Of a stretch of DNA of 17,844 bases, positions 1-12,900 are shown in pieces. The notes beneath the pieces were generated by a model. It was not told the origin of the DNA. It searched no databases and saw only the letters and a program-made list of their open reading frames with translations. Within the stretch, counting starts at the first letter, position 1. Each line of letters starts with the position of its first letter. The stretch is from Paraspadella gotoi (Eukaryota > Animalia > Chaetognatha): the NCBI GenBank assembly GCA_051294375.1, contig JBJCIZ010000959.1, forward strand, positions 1 to 17,844, read 5' to 3'. The position numbers were made by a program, and so were the translations under genes.

Positions 1-29
1 ATCCTCATTGACTGTAATTGTAATTCAGA

Positions 30-310
30 CCTCAATTTTCTATAATGTTGACTTTTATTCATTTACTATTTTGCTTACCATCTAACAAACCGTAGCAATT
101 CATGTTTAACTCTTTAAACTTGCCTACCATCTCATGAATTCTATTAATTAAAATTTTATTCCCTATTCCTATTCTATTCCCTTTTGTTTACCATTTAATG
201 AAATTTACCAGTTGAATTTCTATTCAATTAATGTGACCCTTTTGTTTTTTGGTTAATGAACTTTAGCGGCTTAATTTTATTCCATTTGTATTTTGTTCCG
301 TTGGTTCTGT
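30..310. repeat. Degenerate T-rich tandem repeat (~50-60 bp) followed by an A-rich tract (~328-500)
   Basis: ttg(c/t)ttaccat-like words at ~71, ~120 and ~184, and aattttattcc-like words at ~152, ~214 and ~273. Confidence 0.45.
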
Positions 311-636
311 ATCCTCACCTAATAACCAAAAAAAAAAATCAACAAAACAAAGAAAGAGAAAGTAAAATAAAAAGATGAAAAAAAAATTAATAACAAAAAA
401 TAAATAAATAAAAAACTATAAAAAAAACTTTGTTGAAACAAAAAAAAGCTAAAATACGAAAAAAAAACAAAAAACGTATTTCATAGGTGAGAAAAAAAAT
501 TGTCTCACAACTTTAACTCCCCCATTCCCATTCAATTGTACTGTGTAGCGCCCTATGTATGTGTTGTGGATCTATGTAATAGTATAGCATCTTCAGTTTT
601 GAATTGTAATCCCCACTAACCCGCTCCCCGCCCCCG

Positions 637-2112
637 ACTAAGAGTGCAGCGACTTGACCCTGCGCCAACCAACTGCGCGGTCGACATTGAAAATTTATCC
701 AAAGACGATTCCCCTCTTCAAACTACTCCGATCTCCCGAAACTCCCTTCTGTCCCATAAACTCTTTTGAGAACTGCCTTCTCCAAGAATACGTAAACAAT
801 ATTGAAAATTGTAAAACGTAAGGAAAAATACACAAATTAAATTGAAATCAGCACCATTGAAAATGTATTTTCACCATTCACTCGTCGAACAGCCATCAGT
901 CTGGTTTCACACAATATGTTCATCCACCCATGCAACCGACTCATAAAGCTGCCATATCACAACAGACGCACAAAATACAAAACCTTCAATATCTACACTA
1001 GTTTCGAGCTATATCATCTGCGCAGCGAGCCCAATCTTATTAAGATTGGACCCACGAGCATTCACGAGATTTAGTTCACCTTCTCTCTCTATATCACTAG
1101 GTATTCTCTCGCCATATTTTTGACCCTATGCATTGTGGCGCACATATATAGATTTTCCTGCGACCGTCATAATAGAATATCATTCCGCACACACAGGAGA
1201 GACAGAGAGACAGAGGAAGACGAGAGTGAAGAGAGAGAGACGCATTTCATCTCGTATCACTTTACCCTTCCCGGGTTACGGACTACCTTTATTTCAGAGA
1301 GGGCTTGAAAGCACTTCAATACAAACGAAGTTGAGACATTTGTTGCACAAGTATGAAGGTATGAACAAGACTCAATTAGATTAGTCGAGGATCGATGACT
1401 TATTATTAACAGTCAGATCCCGACTAACTCTTATAAGCCAAGCACCAAGGATGAGAGATAGAGAATTTTCGGTCCGTTCCGCTCTCCGAGACCACCCCCA
1501 CCTCATATCATTGCTCCGGGCCACACTATAAATAAGAATCTTATCAATTCATGTCAGAAGCAATTAACGAATATGTGACATGCATAAAAATATTATTGCA
1601 AAAAAGACAAAATTGTACCCGTGCTAGCACGTGGACTTGATTCTCCCATAGCTCCGTCACACGTCACGTACCCCCGCCCCACCTAGCTCAAAGGAACCCA
1701 CATATCCACGTGATTGATGGATGATTGGTATGAAATTTTGTGTGCTGAGGTAGCGCGGAAACCTGTTTGTATTCGAGATGTAGGAAGTTTCCGAAGGCGG
1801 AACATGAGTGCGAGCAAGTGGAAAGCTGTTATTAAAAAGAGATTTGAAAACAAAAAAAAATAGATGAGTATTGCAGCTGATGTTGAGAGAGAACGCTCAA
1901 TGCTATCGGATGAGTATGGATAGTAGGACAGAATTGAGACGAGAGAGACTTGAGATGATTATGTATGAGTGAGCTAGAGAGAGAGTGAGTGTGATAGAGA
2001 GAAGCGCGAGAATATAAACGTTTCGAAAATGGAATCGTGCCGGCAGTGAAATCTAAGGTAAGGAAATGACAGACAGGAATACAAGTCTTATCGAGTTTTT
2101 AATAGCAGAAGA
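637..2112 (-). mobile_element. Possible non-autonomous Helitron remnant(s)
   Basis: Hairpin gacc(ct)gcgc...gcgcggtc (656-682) lies near actaag (637-642, CTAG-like on the minus strand). The minus strand from 2112 reads TCTTCTGCTATTAAAAA...TGTCTGTC, like Helitron 5' ends. Terminal motifs only and noisy. Confidence 0.3.
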
Positions 2113-2479
2113 AATCATTAGCGTGTGATTACGTGCACATAGAGAAATTAAAGAGTGATTATGTTAAGTATAGAAGAAGATCTGAGTAAGCCAATCTGGA
2201 AATTGAAAAATATTTTGTGATGTGAACCACGTAGTTAAAGTTATTTTGTGATAATTATAGGCTTAGGAATAATAAAAATATTATTCTTGATATGGAACAT
2301 AACGTTGAGCGCAGGTGGAAAATAGGCAGAAATTATTGAAAAACCAAAAGAGACAAATCTTAATTATAGATCATATTGAGTTAGTAAAAGTTTTCTTTTC
2401 TATCGTCTATCAAGAGATTGATTGATTGACTCTGAATTTATTATTGAAATTGATTGAGACCTAATCAAACTACCCGAAA

Positions 2480-2900
2480 TGACCCTAAGTTCGACCAAAT
2501 CCTGTTCACATGAAAAAGTGTTTGCATGAGTTTGACCAAAAAATATTAGCGAAGGGCAATCTGTTGACCAGTGATATAGTGCTAGTTGATAAAATTATGC
2601 CGAGTTAACCAATTACTGCCGGAAATCGTAAACCAAAAATATACCCTTAATTATTCAAATTATGTCATTGACCAAGAAATATAAAAATCAGTATTGAGCA
2701 GCGAATTTGAGTGGACTCTATGGCTAGTATCGCGACCCGACTATTCGACTCGTGTCAATTGTATAACTCAAAGAAATTATTGTCTAGTTGATCTCATAAT
2801 TTAATGGCTAAGTTTGGATTATTAAATAATAAGCAAAAAAGTGTTGAACACAACAAAAAATCATGCTTAATTAACACTGAGCGTGTATACTCGATTTTAA
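2480..2900. repeat. Degenerate minisatellite, ~20 bp unit like gagttgaccaaaattatgcc
   Basis: gttgacca-like words near 2489, 2528, 2563, 2585, 2602 and 2668; a near-intact unit agttgataaaattatgccgagttaaccaatt at ~2584-2614. Confidence 0.5.
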
Positions 2901-3120
2901 CCAACCTGGTAATATTTATTGTAAGAGTGTGAGAAAAAGTGAGCTATGATTGAACAATGAAACCAAGTTTCGAAATGTCGAATCTTGAAATTGGAAAATG
3001 AGTTTAATATATGGAAAAACAAAAAAACCAGAGCTTATCAACTAATGATTATGCTTCTTTTCCTATATATTATAAATTATAATTAGTATAGAAGGAATGT
3101 ATTAATAATATAAAGTTCAA

Positions 3121-3200
3121 ATAATTTAATCAAGTTAATTAATCAATTTAGTCAATTAATTTAATCAAATAAATGAATTAATCAAGCTTATCAATCAACC
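3121..3200. repeat. (TTAATCAA)-like low-complexity repeat
   Basis: ttaatcaa, ttagtcaa or ttatcaa repeated about six times. Confidence 0.6.
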
Positions 3201-3749
3201 GTCACCGTTCCCACCTAATATGCAAAAAACTTCAATACTCGTGAATTAATTAATCTATTTAATTTATCTGGTAGGATATAATTAGATGACATATAAATTA
3301 ATGTTTAATTTGAGTGATGTGGTTAAAGGAAAAGTCTAATGGTGCGTCTGTATATTAAAGACTTGGTATATAAAAAATAATTCTTGCTAGGGCAGAATCC
3401 TCGAGCGATTAATGTCGTTGCTCGATAAACTTGTTGCTAGTAGGATATCATCATTTCTTCCAAAACTAATCATAACCACGGTTTTTAGCTTTATAAAAGA
3501 TATCATATACAAGTTTGAATAAATTAACATAATGTGCACGTCCAATATTAAAAAAATCTTATATTTTTACTTATTGTTAAAACCAGATAATTAGTTCACT
3601 CTTTCTTATAAGATAATATGTCTAAAATTTCATTTCCAAATGATGGATAAATAACGATAATTCGAGTTCAAAGTTATTTGCTGATGGTGGAGAAGAAGGA
3701 GTGTGTTTATATTACTCGATTTTCGTCTAATAGTAACTATTCAATGAGT

Positions 3750-6700
3750 TCCTTATTATTAAAAAAAATCTTAAGTATTTCGCGTAAGCGATCCAAATCG
3801 ATTCCCACTTTACATGAAAATATTACTGCGAATGGAAATTGACTAATTTTAAATATCATTTTAAAAACTCATATTTAAATAATCAGAACGCATTTTTTAA
3901 AATAATTCACGTAACTCACCTAAAATAATAAATCAGGTTACCTTTTTAAATAACATTTTATTCAACCAAAAATAAACTATCGAGATTCCAAGTGCGCGGA
4001 TTATTTTCTTTATAACTAAATTCACTTGAAATCTTTTCTACTATTTTATTAACATAATACTCATCAAACTTCACTAATTCGGTTTAAGATTCTCCTTTTA
4101 AATAATTTACTCATACTCTTTTTATTTAAAGAAAAATTAAGAACCATTTCTCCCAAAACTATTCATTTCGACGTAGTTATTACTTTAATATTCATACTTT
4201 TTTATAAGAAAGTCTATGACAAAGTAATAAATGTACGGTACCATTATCTATAAAATAGTCTATTTATTTCCAAATGAAACTAATCATTGCGGGTTACCAT
4301 GAATATTTAACAACACTATACAAGGACTCTAGACCACTTATTTTAAATATACATCTAATCTCCTAAATCAGTAATTCACAGTCTTTTTATGACGAGATGC
4401 GAAATGGTACATCAATGTACATAGTTTGGTGTATTAAATATCATAAATGGAGTGCATTTATGAACAAATTGAAAACAATATCATAAGCAACAAGCTCATA
4501 TCCAATTTTATCATCATTCTTTAGAATATGTCTTGAAATGCCATTTGAAAATATAACTTAAAAAATAATCGATCAGAAACACTAATAGAATTCGTAATAA
4601 AGGATTTTTCTTATAATTAAAGATAATCAATGTTCTCCAAAGAATAAGCTATCAATGAACAAATTAGGTATTTATATAACTTTTTTAACTATCAATGCAC
4701 TTTATAAATATATCCATCAACTCCTAAATCCGGCTTTCTTAAATACATCTTTTTTTAAATCTATCATTTATACTCTATCAATATAAAAATGCAAATTTAT
4801 CATAATGTGAATTTTTAAATATCGTCAAGCAAAGACCACTAATTATAAAATGCAGACAGTCGGTTTTCGACTTAGTTTTAAAATCGTTTTTTACTTTTTC
4901 TCCAAATAACATATCAAAGTCGGTTTTTTACTTAATTAACTATCAAATGCCTTTTGTAAAAAATACAATAGACAACTCCAAAATTGCGGATCTTCCTTTA
5001 AATATCGTAATCTTTTTTTTATTAAATATCAACTAGATCTACAAATATACAATCAGGGCCGTGTTTAAACTTTTAATATATACATACATTTTTATAAAAA
5101 AATATCACCAACAATAAAATTCGGGTAATGTACTTTTTAAAATGAATAGAATAATACAGATGTCAATCTCTGTAACGTTACCAAAGATAAGACTAAATCA
5201 TCCCAGTTAGATTTAACCTTATTTAAAGTATATCATCAATTTTAAAATATAATCAGTACCTACTAAATATTCGGTTTCCTTTTAAATTCATTTTTTCCAA
5301 AAACACAGTCTCGGGTTTCTTAATAATACTAATTTAACTAATCCGATTCGCAATTCCTTTTTAAAAAATATCAATTCAATAGAGCAAAGCGAGGACTAAA
5401 GAAAGAGATGGATATTTGATGCAGTTTTCCTTTTAGAAATATCGAGTATCATTGATAATGTAGAGATTAACGAGAAAAAATATATAAGCAGTACAATAAA
5501 TAAAGTTTAGTCTTATAAGAAATTCTAATCAATTATTTATGATAAATCATCAGTAAACGTCAACAATCTCCTAAAAATCGGAGATTTCCTTATATTAAAT
5601 TAAATATCATTTTTTTCCCAAATACTACAAAAACATAAACTTATACATAAATACATAAAATTGATAAACGAGGATTTTTTACTTTTAACTAATCATTATA
5701 TCTCCGATTAATATTGAGCGTTTATTGTTATAGAATATCATCAACTCCTACGTAATTGCACAAAAATATCATCGTGAGTTAGTAAGGCCTCTAAATATTA
5801 CTAGTTAATGCTCCCCCTCCTTTAAAAGCATTTATCGCCGAAAATGTTCCAAAACATTGACACAATCGTCCCCTTTTATATTTAAACTACATACTTTGCT
5901 ATTCTCCAAAATCTTATGAGACGTATACAGTATCGGTCTGGCTTCTGTGTCCCTTTACTTATTCCATATATAAATTATCAAAACTTTATTTTTATTTATT
6001 ATTCACTAATACTACTAAATAAATATATTCTTTAATATACTAGGATCTTCTTTTTTTTATTAGAAATATTAAATGAAGTTCATCATTTTTTCCAAAATAA
6101 CATCATGCCGGTTTTTTAACTTCGGGTTTTAGGTCTATTCTAACAAAGCTTTCTCATCTTCATCACATAATCTTATTTTTATAATTAATCATCATAACTC
6201 CTAAAAATCGTATTATTCCCCTTTAAATATCATCTTTTTTATTATATCATAAGTATTTTCTAACAAGAATCACCAACTAGCAGAATTGCTGCGGTTGCCA
6301 GGGGATAATGAGTTTAGATGTTGTACTTTTAAATAATCAAAACTTATATCATTTTCTATCTATAAGAATAAAATATCATACAACACGTCTAATAAATTTT
6401 TAAATGAGATCTTATTAATATTAATTTTCGATTTCTTAAATAATAAATTAACATTGTCTCCAAATAACTATCATTTACAAATGGGGTTTATAATCTTTAA
6501 ACTGTAATTCATTTAATAATCTAATAACTTTTAAATCATAAATTATATCTAGTCGAAAAAAACTCCGAAAAATCGGTATATTCCTTATTTAAAAATATCA
6601 TACATTTTTATTTAAAATAAAATTATCATTAAAGCCCTTATTTTAAATAACACAAGGTTTTTTAAATATCATAAACATTACACCTAAAAATCGGTTTTCC

Positions 6701-8400
6701 CCACCTATGTTAAAAAAATATACAGAGAGATATTTTATATAATACACGAAATAAATCTATCTCTCGGTTTTTTAGATTAAAAAGTACTTTTAAACCAATC
6801 ATTCCCTATTTTTATAAAAAAAATAAAAAATATCATCAACAAGTCCAAATACTGCGGGTTTCCCCTTTTATAATATCATCATTTTTTTTTAAAATCATCA
6901 TTTGCTTCTACAAATAACACAATCATCCGTCAGTTTTACACTTTTAAATTATATATGACAAATAATCATCATTTTTTTAAAAAAATATCATCAAACTAAA
7001 TAAAACAAACGTTTCCTTTTAAATATGCACAATTTCTATCTAATGAAGTGCCAACAAATAAACCTATCATGACAATAAGGTTTTAAAGACTTAAAATTAA
7101 ATATCAAATATCGATTTTTTTAATAATATCAAGTAAGCTACTGAAAAAGTCGTTTTCACCGATTAAATATCATTTTTTTGAATTCTCAAAATAACTTCAT
7201 AAAAGCGTGGGAGTTTTAGTGATATAGTATCAGAGAGGATTAAAATTAAGCGAATATGCAGATGAAAACCATAACCCAATTTTTTTTAAATTATCAAGTC
7301 AAACACTATAAATCGATATGTTTTTATGCCCTTTTTTTAGAGAATATCAATATTATAAGTGTTTTTTTTAAATATCATTGTTATTTTAAATAATATCAAA
7401 TATGATCCATTTTTTAAATTCAAGTTAACCACAAAACCTTAAAGTCGTTTCCCTTTTAATAAAATATCGTTTTTTCCAAAATAAAAACTATTTCATCAGG
7501 TTTTATTATAAACTTTTTAAACCTAATCATGCTTTTATTTGTAAAAATATCAATCAAAACTCCTAAAATCGTTTCCTTTTAAAAAAAATATCATACTTTT
7601 AAATATCATCCTTTACTATTTAAAATATCAATCGATCTTTTATAAACTCAGTAAACTACTAAATCAGCGTTTCCTTTTATAAAAATATCATTTTCCCAAA
7701 GTAACTATTCTTAATGTCGGCTGTTTTAACTTTTAACTTATCATTCAACTTTCTGCTAAAAAGAATAACATCAACCATCCTAAATCGGTTTCTTTGATTA
7801 AAAGTGATTACTATCCTCTATGTGTGTTAAAATTATCATAATTCTCCAAAACTCATCATAATAGCCACCACCTCACCTTTTAACTATTTAAAAATATCTA
7901 ACATTTCTATTAAAATAGTCAATGTAAAGCGAAAAAATCATATGGTTTTAAGTTCCATCTCTTTTCACACACCGTTACCACCTCTTCCGCGCTGCACCTC
8001 TCAAACTTTTCATAAACGCCGCACCCACCCCACCCCTACCCGAGCGATCGCCACTCCTTTTAATATATAATTTTTTCGCAAATAAAGCCTATCATTCTGA
8101 GGATTTTATTTAAGACTTTAAATTAATAACATAAGCTCTATATTTTTAACCAATTTATACAAAATTCAATTACAAAAACATTAATCGACTCTAAGTTATA
8201 TGAATTAAACGGGTTTCCTTTAATTATATTCCAAATATATAACATCATATTTCTTAAGAACTATAGATCATTATTTGCTCCAATACTTTTTAAAATATTA
8301 CATCAGTATTATTTTTAACGTAATACATACTGATATTCATCCACACATTCGGTATTTTAAATCTCATCAATATTTCTATCTATACTTTTCACCAAAACTA
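3750..8400. repeat. AT-rich degenerate tandem satellite, monomer ~100-125 bp in the cleanest part
   Basis: Recurrent aatatcatcaactcctaaaaatcggtttccttttaaatatcatttt, with cores near 4722, 4977, 5568, 6197, 6562, 6681, 7436, 7559, 7656 and 7777, interleaved with ttttccaaaataactatca..cggtttttacttttaactatca. Confidence 0.85.
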
Positions 8401-8726
8401 TCATTAGAAACTGAGCAAAGAAATATAATCAAACGATATTACGAAAAGTTAGTATCTGCAAGGAACCCCTACCTATCAGAGAAAACACATATATTGAGTG
8501 TCTGTGAAAAAACGAGTTCAGTTGACTCTACTTTATTAATGTTTGATCTGTATATATCAAGATCAGCTCTCTTCTATCTTCTCTCTCTCTCTCACATCAT
8601 GTTTTTTCGACTCTTGTTTTAAGGAACACACTTACAACAGTGGTTAGGAGTTGAGAGGACAGCCAAACAGGTGAAAGGTAAGAGGAAGAAGAAAGAGGAA
8701 AGATGGTTGAAATACACAGCTGAAAT

Positions 8727-8730
8727 GGTG
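8727..8730. repeat. Target-site duplication GGTG (partner at 16320-16323)
   Basis: Left flank aatGGTG-t-tgtag; right flank gcctca-g-GGTGaaat. Each side has one extra base next to a homopolymer. The uninterrupted inverted copy (reverse complement of ~17428-17441, tgaatGGTGaaata) contains GGTG only once. Confidence 0.65.
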
Positions 8731-8731
8731 T

Positions 8732-9370
8732 TGTAGAAGACGAGTATACAGTATTTAATAAATATGAACGAGAGAGATGAACGATAAAATTGGACGATGT
8801 GAGAAGTAGAAAAAGAAGTGAGTCTAGGCTTCTCCTTCTTCGTCTTCTATCTACCAGCCGAGCTGACACCTGCCATTACTGCAGGAGCAGGACATGGCTT
8901 GCACGACGCTCACGCTTGCTGTCTGTCCCTCTCAAGCTCATCAGGCTATCTCTATTTTATTCCACGACCACACTCTATTATGTTGCCTAGATTCGCGCTT
9001 AAGACTAGATAAACCTATTGCCACTTTTATCATCGCCCGGACGTCAACTTGACCTTTGACCGGTCGCCTCCCGCCCCTCGCCCTTTTTTTTCTCAAAACA
9101 TAAAAGATCCCAAAATTTCACATCCGAGATTTTCTCTATGTTATGTGATTACTTGTGGTCCTGGGGGATTTTTTTTACTAAAAATCTGATTATTCAATTA
9201 TCTTAACTATTTATATAAGGTCAAAATCGTAGACCGTGGAAACTGAACCACAAGCTATGGCAAAGGGTGACCGGTAGTGGCATTCAGGAACCGGCTTCGA
9301 CAGATAGAGACGAAGAAACGCCGGAGGATAAAAGGGTTAAGAGAGAGAACCGAAGGTACAGTTCGCCTCA
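8732..9370 (-). repeat. 3' LTR (longer than the 5' LTR because of extra blocks at ~8840-9020 and ~9085-9215)
   Basis: Same homology blocks as the 5' LTR. Ends in gcctca at 9370 directly against the polypurine tract and starts tgtag at 8732. Confidence 0.85.
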
Positions 9371-9379
9371 TCCCCCCTC
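9371..9379 (-). promoter_or_regulatory. Polypurine tract
   Basis: Minus strand GAGGGGGGA immediately precedes the TGAGG start of the 3' LTR. Confidence 0.8.
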
Positions 9380-9999
9380 AGTTCGGACCTTAAGGGTTCG
9401 ACTGACCGCCTACTTACAGTTGAGGTGACTTGTAGCAACTAGTTAAGGAAAAAAGTACTTTACAGATATTGTTCTCCTGGGAATAATTTGGGCAAACAAT
9501 AAGGTCTAGGAGAAAACCAATTGGGGGGACCCACTAAAATAGGGTTTTGGTAACTTCGTACAAAAATATTTAAAATATTATCTCTTCCTCATTAAAAAAA
9601 TAAAATATTTTGTGAAGAAATTTTACAACATAAGAAGTAGGTGAGAATAGGAAAGGATTGTTGGTTCAAAGAGTGTTTTTTGGTAAATGATTGCTTGCCT
9701 ATTAGTGCAAGTCTTTTGGTGTAAATCATTGAAAAATAACCAAGCTGTTTTTGATGATCTTTGTTTTTTTTGATGATTACTGCTGTTAGGCTCCAAGTTG
9801 TGATTAACGTAACATCCGACGCTCTTCAACCTCATACTGGTCAATTGATTTATCTCTCCTCTTTGGTTGACTGAGGGTCTGTCGCTGATAACCGGCTCTC
9901 TTATGCTACAAACGCGTTATCTGCGAATCTCGCGAATGAACTGATAGTGTAATCTTTAGACATCTAATATCATATATATATCTATTCCTTCAGAAGCCA

Positions 10000-12900
10000 T
10001 GACCTCAAGACGCATGGTGATTAGTCTATGCAGCTATTCATCCGTTTCTGCTTGTTTCCGTTCTCGAAGATTTGGAATTTCGTGTTGGTTTGTTCCGAAG
10101 TGGATCAGTTCTCGTGTGGCTCGTTGCTCCCGTTGCTGTGGAGGTTCTTGTTGACTGTTGCTTGTGATGTGGTCGCCTTGAGATATAAATGTTGGGTAAT
10201 GAGTGGAAGCGGCCCGCTGGGCTGACTTTGCTCTATTATTTCTGTTTGACCTTCCCCCCTAGGACACGAACTCGCCCTGTGTTGCTTGCTGGTGGTTTCG
10301 TTCCATCTGCTCTCTTGGGGGGCTGCTCTGCTGGAGGCGATGTTCCTGAGTATTTGGACAAGAACCCGGGTTAAACTGTTTGTTGCGGCTTGATCAAGCC
10401 TGCATCGATGGGAATCTTACCTTGTTCCTCCGGCCAGGATGTCGCACTGTGAAGGACTTCTTGTCACTCAGTTCTATCTTGAGTAATTACTTTTGTTAAG
10501 GGCCCAAGTAAGGGGGCGTAGCCGAGAGATGACCGCCGTTGCCTCACGGGAGGCAACAAAAACCCCAGTTTGGGGCGAGGCGCACAGACGTGAGGGCAAG
10601 ATGAATACTAGTGGGTTTGAGTGCCAAATATGAACTAGCTGGTCTCAAAACAATGGCATACGCAGATAACGTTCGGTGCCCTCTCAAGTTTTGCAGCTCA
10701 ATCGTTTTGGCAATTTGCTCTTGTTGGCTGTGTACCTAATTACCCGTTCGCCTGGATTGCCTCTACTGTATCTCCGAGATGTAACAAGTATCTGGCTGGT
10801 TGAATGCTGTATGTCCCTTCTTTTTGTGCACTCTCTTCCTATGACATGAGTCCAATAAGACCCTCGGTAGTTGATTGAACCAATATTTGCGGCCGGACGC
10901 AGTCACATACGCCCTTCTCAATCGATGCTTCCTTATGGTACGGTGAAACCCAGGTTTCGATCCCATCCATGTCCGTTCGCGCTGCGGGTGCAAAGAGCTG
11001 TGGTGTGTGTTGAGCTTGTAAGTCCACTATAGATAATGCCTCAGCTCTGATGAACGACGGCACATAATTCAGAGTGAAGTTCGTGTTTACCACGGTTCGA
11101 GTGGAAGACTGTGGCTGGTACGCCGAATCTGGCGATCCAGTTCTGAAGAAGGCTGTGTACGGTTACTGCGGAGATATCCCGAAGGGGATATGCTTCAGGC
11201 CAACGAGGAAACAACCGGTCTACGACAGGTTAAAAGGGGTACGTGTAACCGGCCTGATAGTGGGCAAGGGACCCACCAAGTCAATGTGGAACATGTCGAT
11301 TTGAAAGTCTCGATGTGCTTCGAAAGGTATTTGTAGTGGGGCCTGGGGTGGTGTCGTTTTACCTTGCTGCGCGGCAGTCAATGGCAGCCTTGAGCCCATT
11401 TTGCACGTCTGACGCCGGCTTTGGCCAAACAAATCTTTTGTTACCAGCTTTTTTGTGCATCTGACGCTTGGCTGAGCGAGGTTGTGGATGGCATCATAAA
11501 TTCGACGGCGCCATGTTTGTGGAGAACCAAGTGGGCGCGCCATTCTGAACTGACATCGCAGATGATGTGCAAGTCGTGAGGCGAACTATCTTGAAATCGC
11601 AGAGTGGGTGTGGGCGGTTCGCCAGGAGTCGCTGGAATCTCCTTCGTCGGAACTTATGGTCGCGGCTTAAAAGCGGGCAAATCGACGCGCTTGGGGATGC
11701 CAAACTGCAGTTGACCGTTGCGACCAACGGAGGGCATTTCTGAGGTCTGATGATCTCAAGGTTTATGGGCATGCTTGCTGGGCTGATGATTCTTGATTAG
11801 GTGTCCGCTACCACGTTGGCCTTGCCCTCGATGTATCGGATGTCTGTTGTTGTATTGCGGAGGATGGCGATTATTCATATGTTTTGACGCATTGAGTGTG
11901 GTCAGATTTCTTCGTTGATGGCTGGAACTAGGCTGTTTCTGGTCAGAGAACAGAACGAAGTAGCGCCCTTCATGGAGGGCCTGATAGGTGCGGACTGAGC
12001 AATGTTGCGGGCAAGGAGTTCTCGGTCGTAAAGAGTGGCCATTTTGTCTGGTTCTGAGCTAGCGGGCTGAGACAAAAGCCTTAGGGTTGCCATTTGACCA
12101 CCAATCTTCTGCTCCAGGACGCCGCCGATTGGCGTTAAGTGACGCATCGACGGTCAGGGCCGAGGCTGCCCCGTCCACAAGGGTGGACACGCATAGTTTG
12201 ATTTGCCAGAGCTTCTTTCGACCTTGCTTGAAGGCCTGAGTCATCTCATCGGTCATTTGAGGACTCGGGGGTGCCTTTTAAGGCTTGGTATAATGTTGTA
12301 GGACTTCGGCGATTTGTTGGAATGAAACGCCGGTAGTAGATTGAGCATGCCCAAGTATCTCTTGACCTCTTTTGACTGATGTATGGCTGTGCGGGAATCT
12401 GTTTGATGTGTTTCGATTTTGTCGTCCAATGGCCTGACGCCGTTTGCGTCTACCTGGTAACCGATGAAGTCGAGTGGATTGGTACGCCCGGTAGTCCGCA
12501 TTTGCCCTGTTTCACTACTAAACCTATTTGCTTGCAGGGTTGTCAAACAGTGAGTGCTGAGATCTTGCATGTGTTCTTCTTCGTTGCTTGAGAGCGACAA
12601 GGATGTCATCTGAAGATATTACAAAGATTGATGTTGTGGTACAATCTTTATGAGGGGCTTCGTCCATCATCCTTTTTGAAAATCGGGACCTGCATTCTTG
12701 AGGCAATGGTAGTGAACGGAATTCCCAGAGAGCCAAAGGTAGTGAATTGGAGGCTGTCTTGGCAAATAATCCTGCTCTGCTACAGGTACTTAATGGTAGC
12801 CTTTACAAAGATCTACTTTTGAAAAATTGTTTTGCCTGGACATGGGCATTAAAATCCATCATTTTTGATTGGGGGTAGCGGTCTGTCTTTTTGTGACTGG

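Noticed and set aside
1120-1384. Two overlapping + strand ORFs (62 and 83 aa)
   Set aside because: Products reflect a GA-rich simple repeat (ERE/RER runs) and show no domain features.
7960-8060. C-rich GC island inside the satellite as a regulatory element or insertion
   Set aside because: No TSD, termini or motif; satellite resumes on both sides; most simply a low-quality read segment.
3750-8400. CRISPR array
   Set aside because: Repeats are contiguous, degenerate and variable in length, without unique fixed-length spacers; no cas genes; eukaryotic retroelement context.
8275-9012. ORFs 8275-8622, 8597-8869, 8790-8990 and 8818-9012
   Set aside because: They cross satellite, CT-repeat and LTR boundaries and have low-complexity composition.
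9351-9360. Alternative LTR boundary at gtaca (9360) / gtaa (16310) with a gtgt/gtgc TSD
   Set aside because: LTR homology continues to gcctca (9370/16318), which puts the PPT flush with the LTR and gives a GGTG TSD supported by the empty-site copy.
9380-10000. env-like third ORF in the long 3' trailer (ORF 9623-9844)
   Set aside because: Only 73 aa, with no signal peptide, transmembrane segment or furin-type site; the region is AT-rich and looks non-coding.
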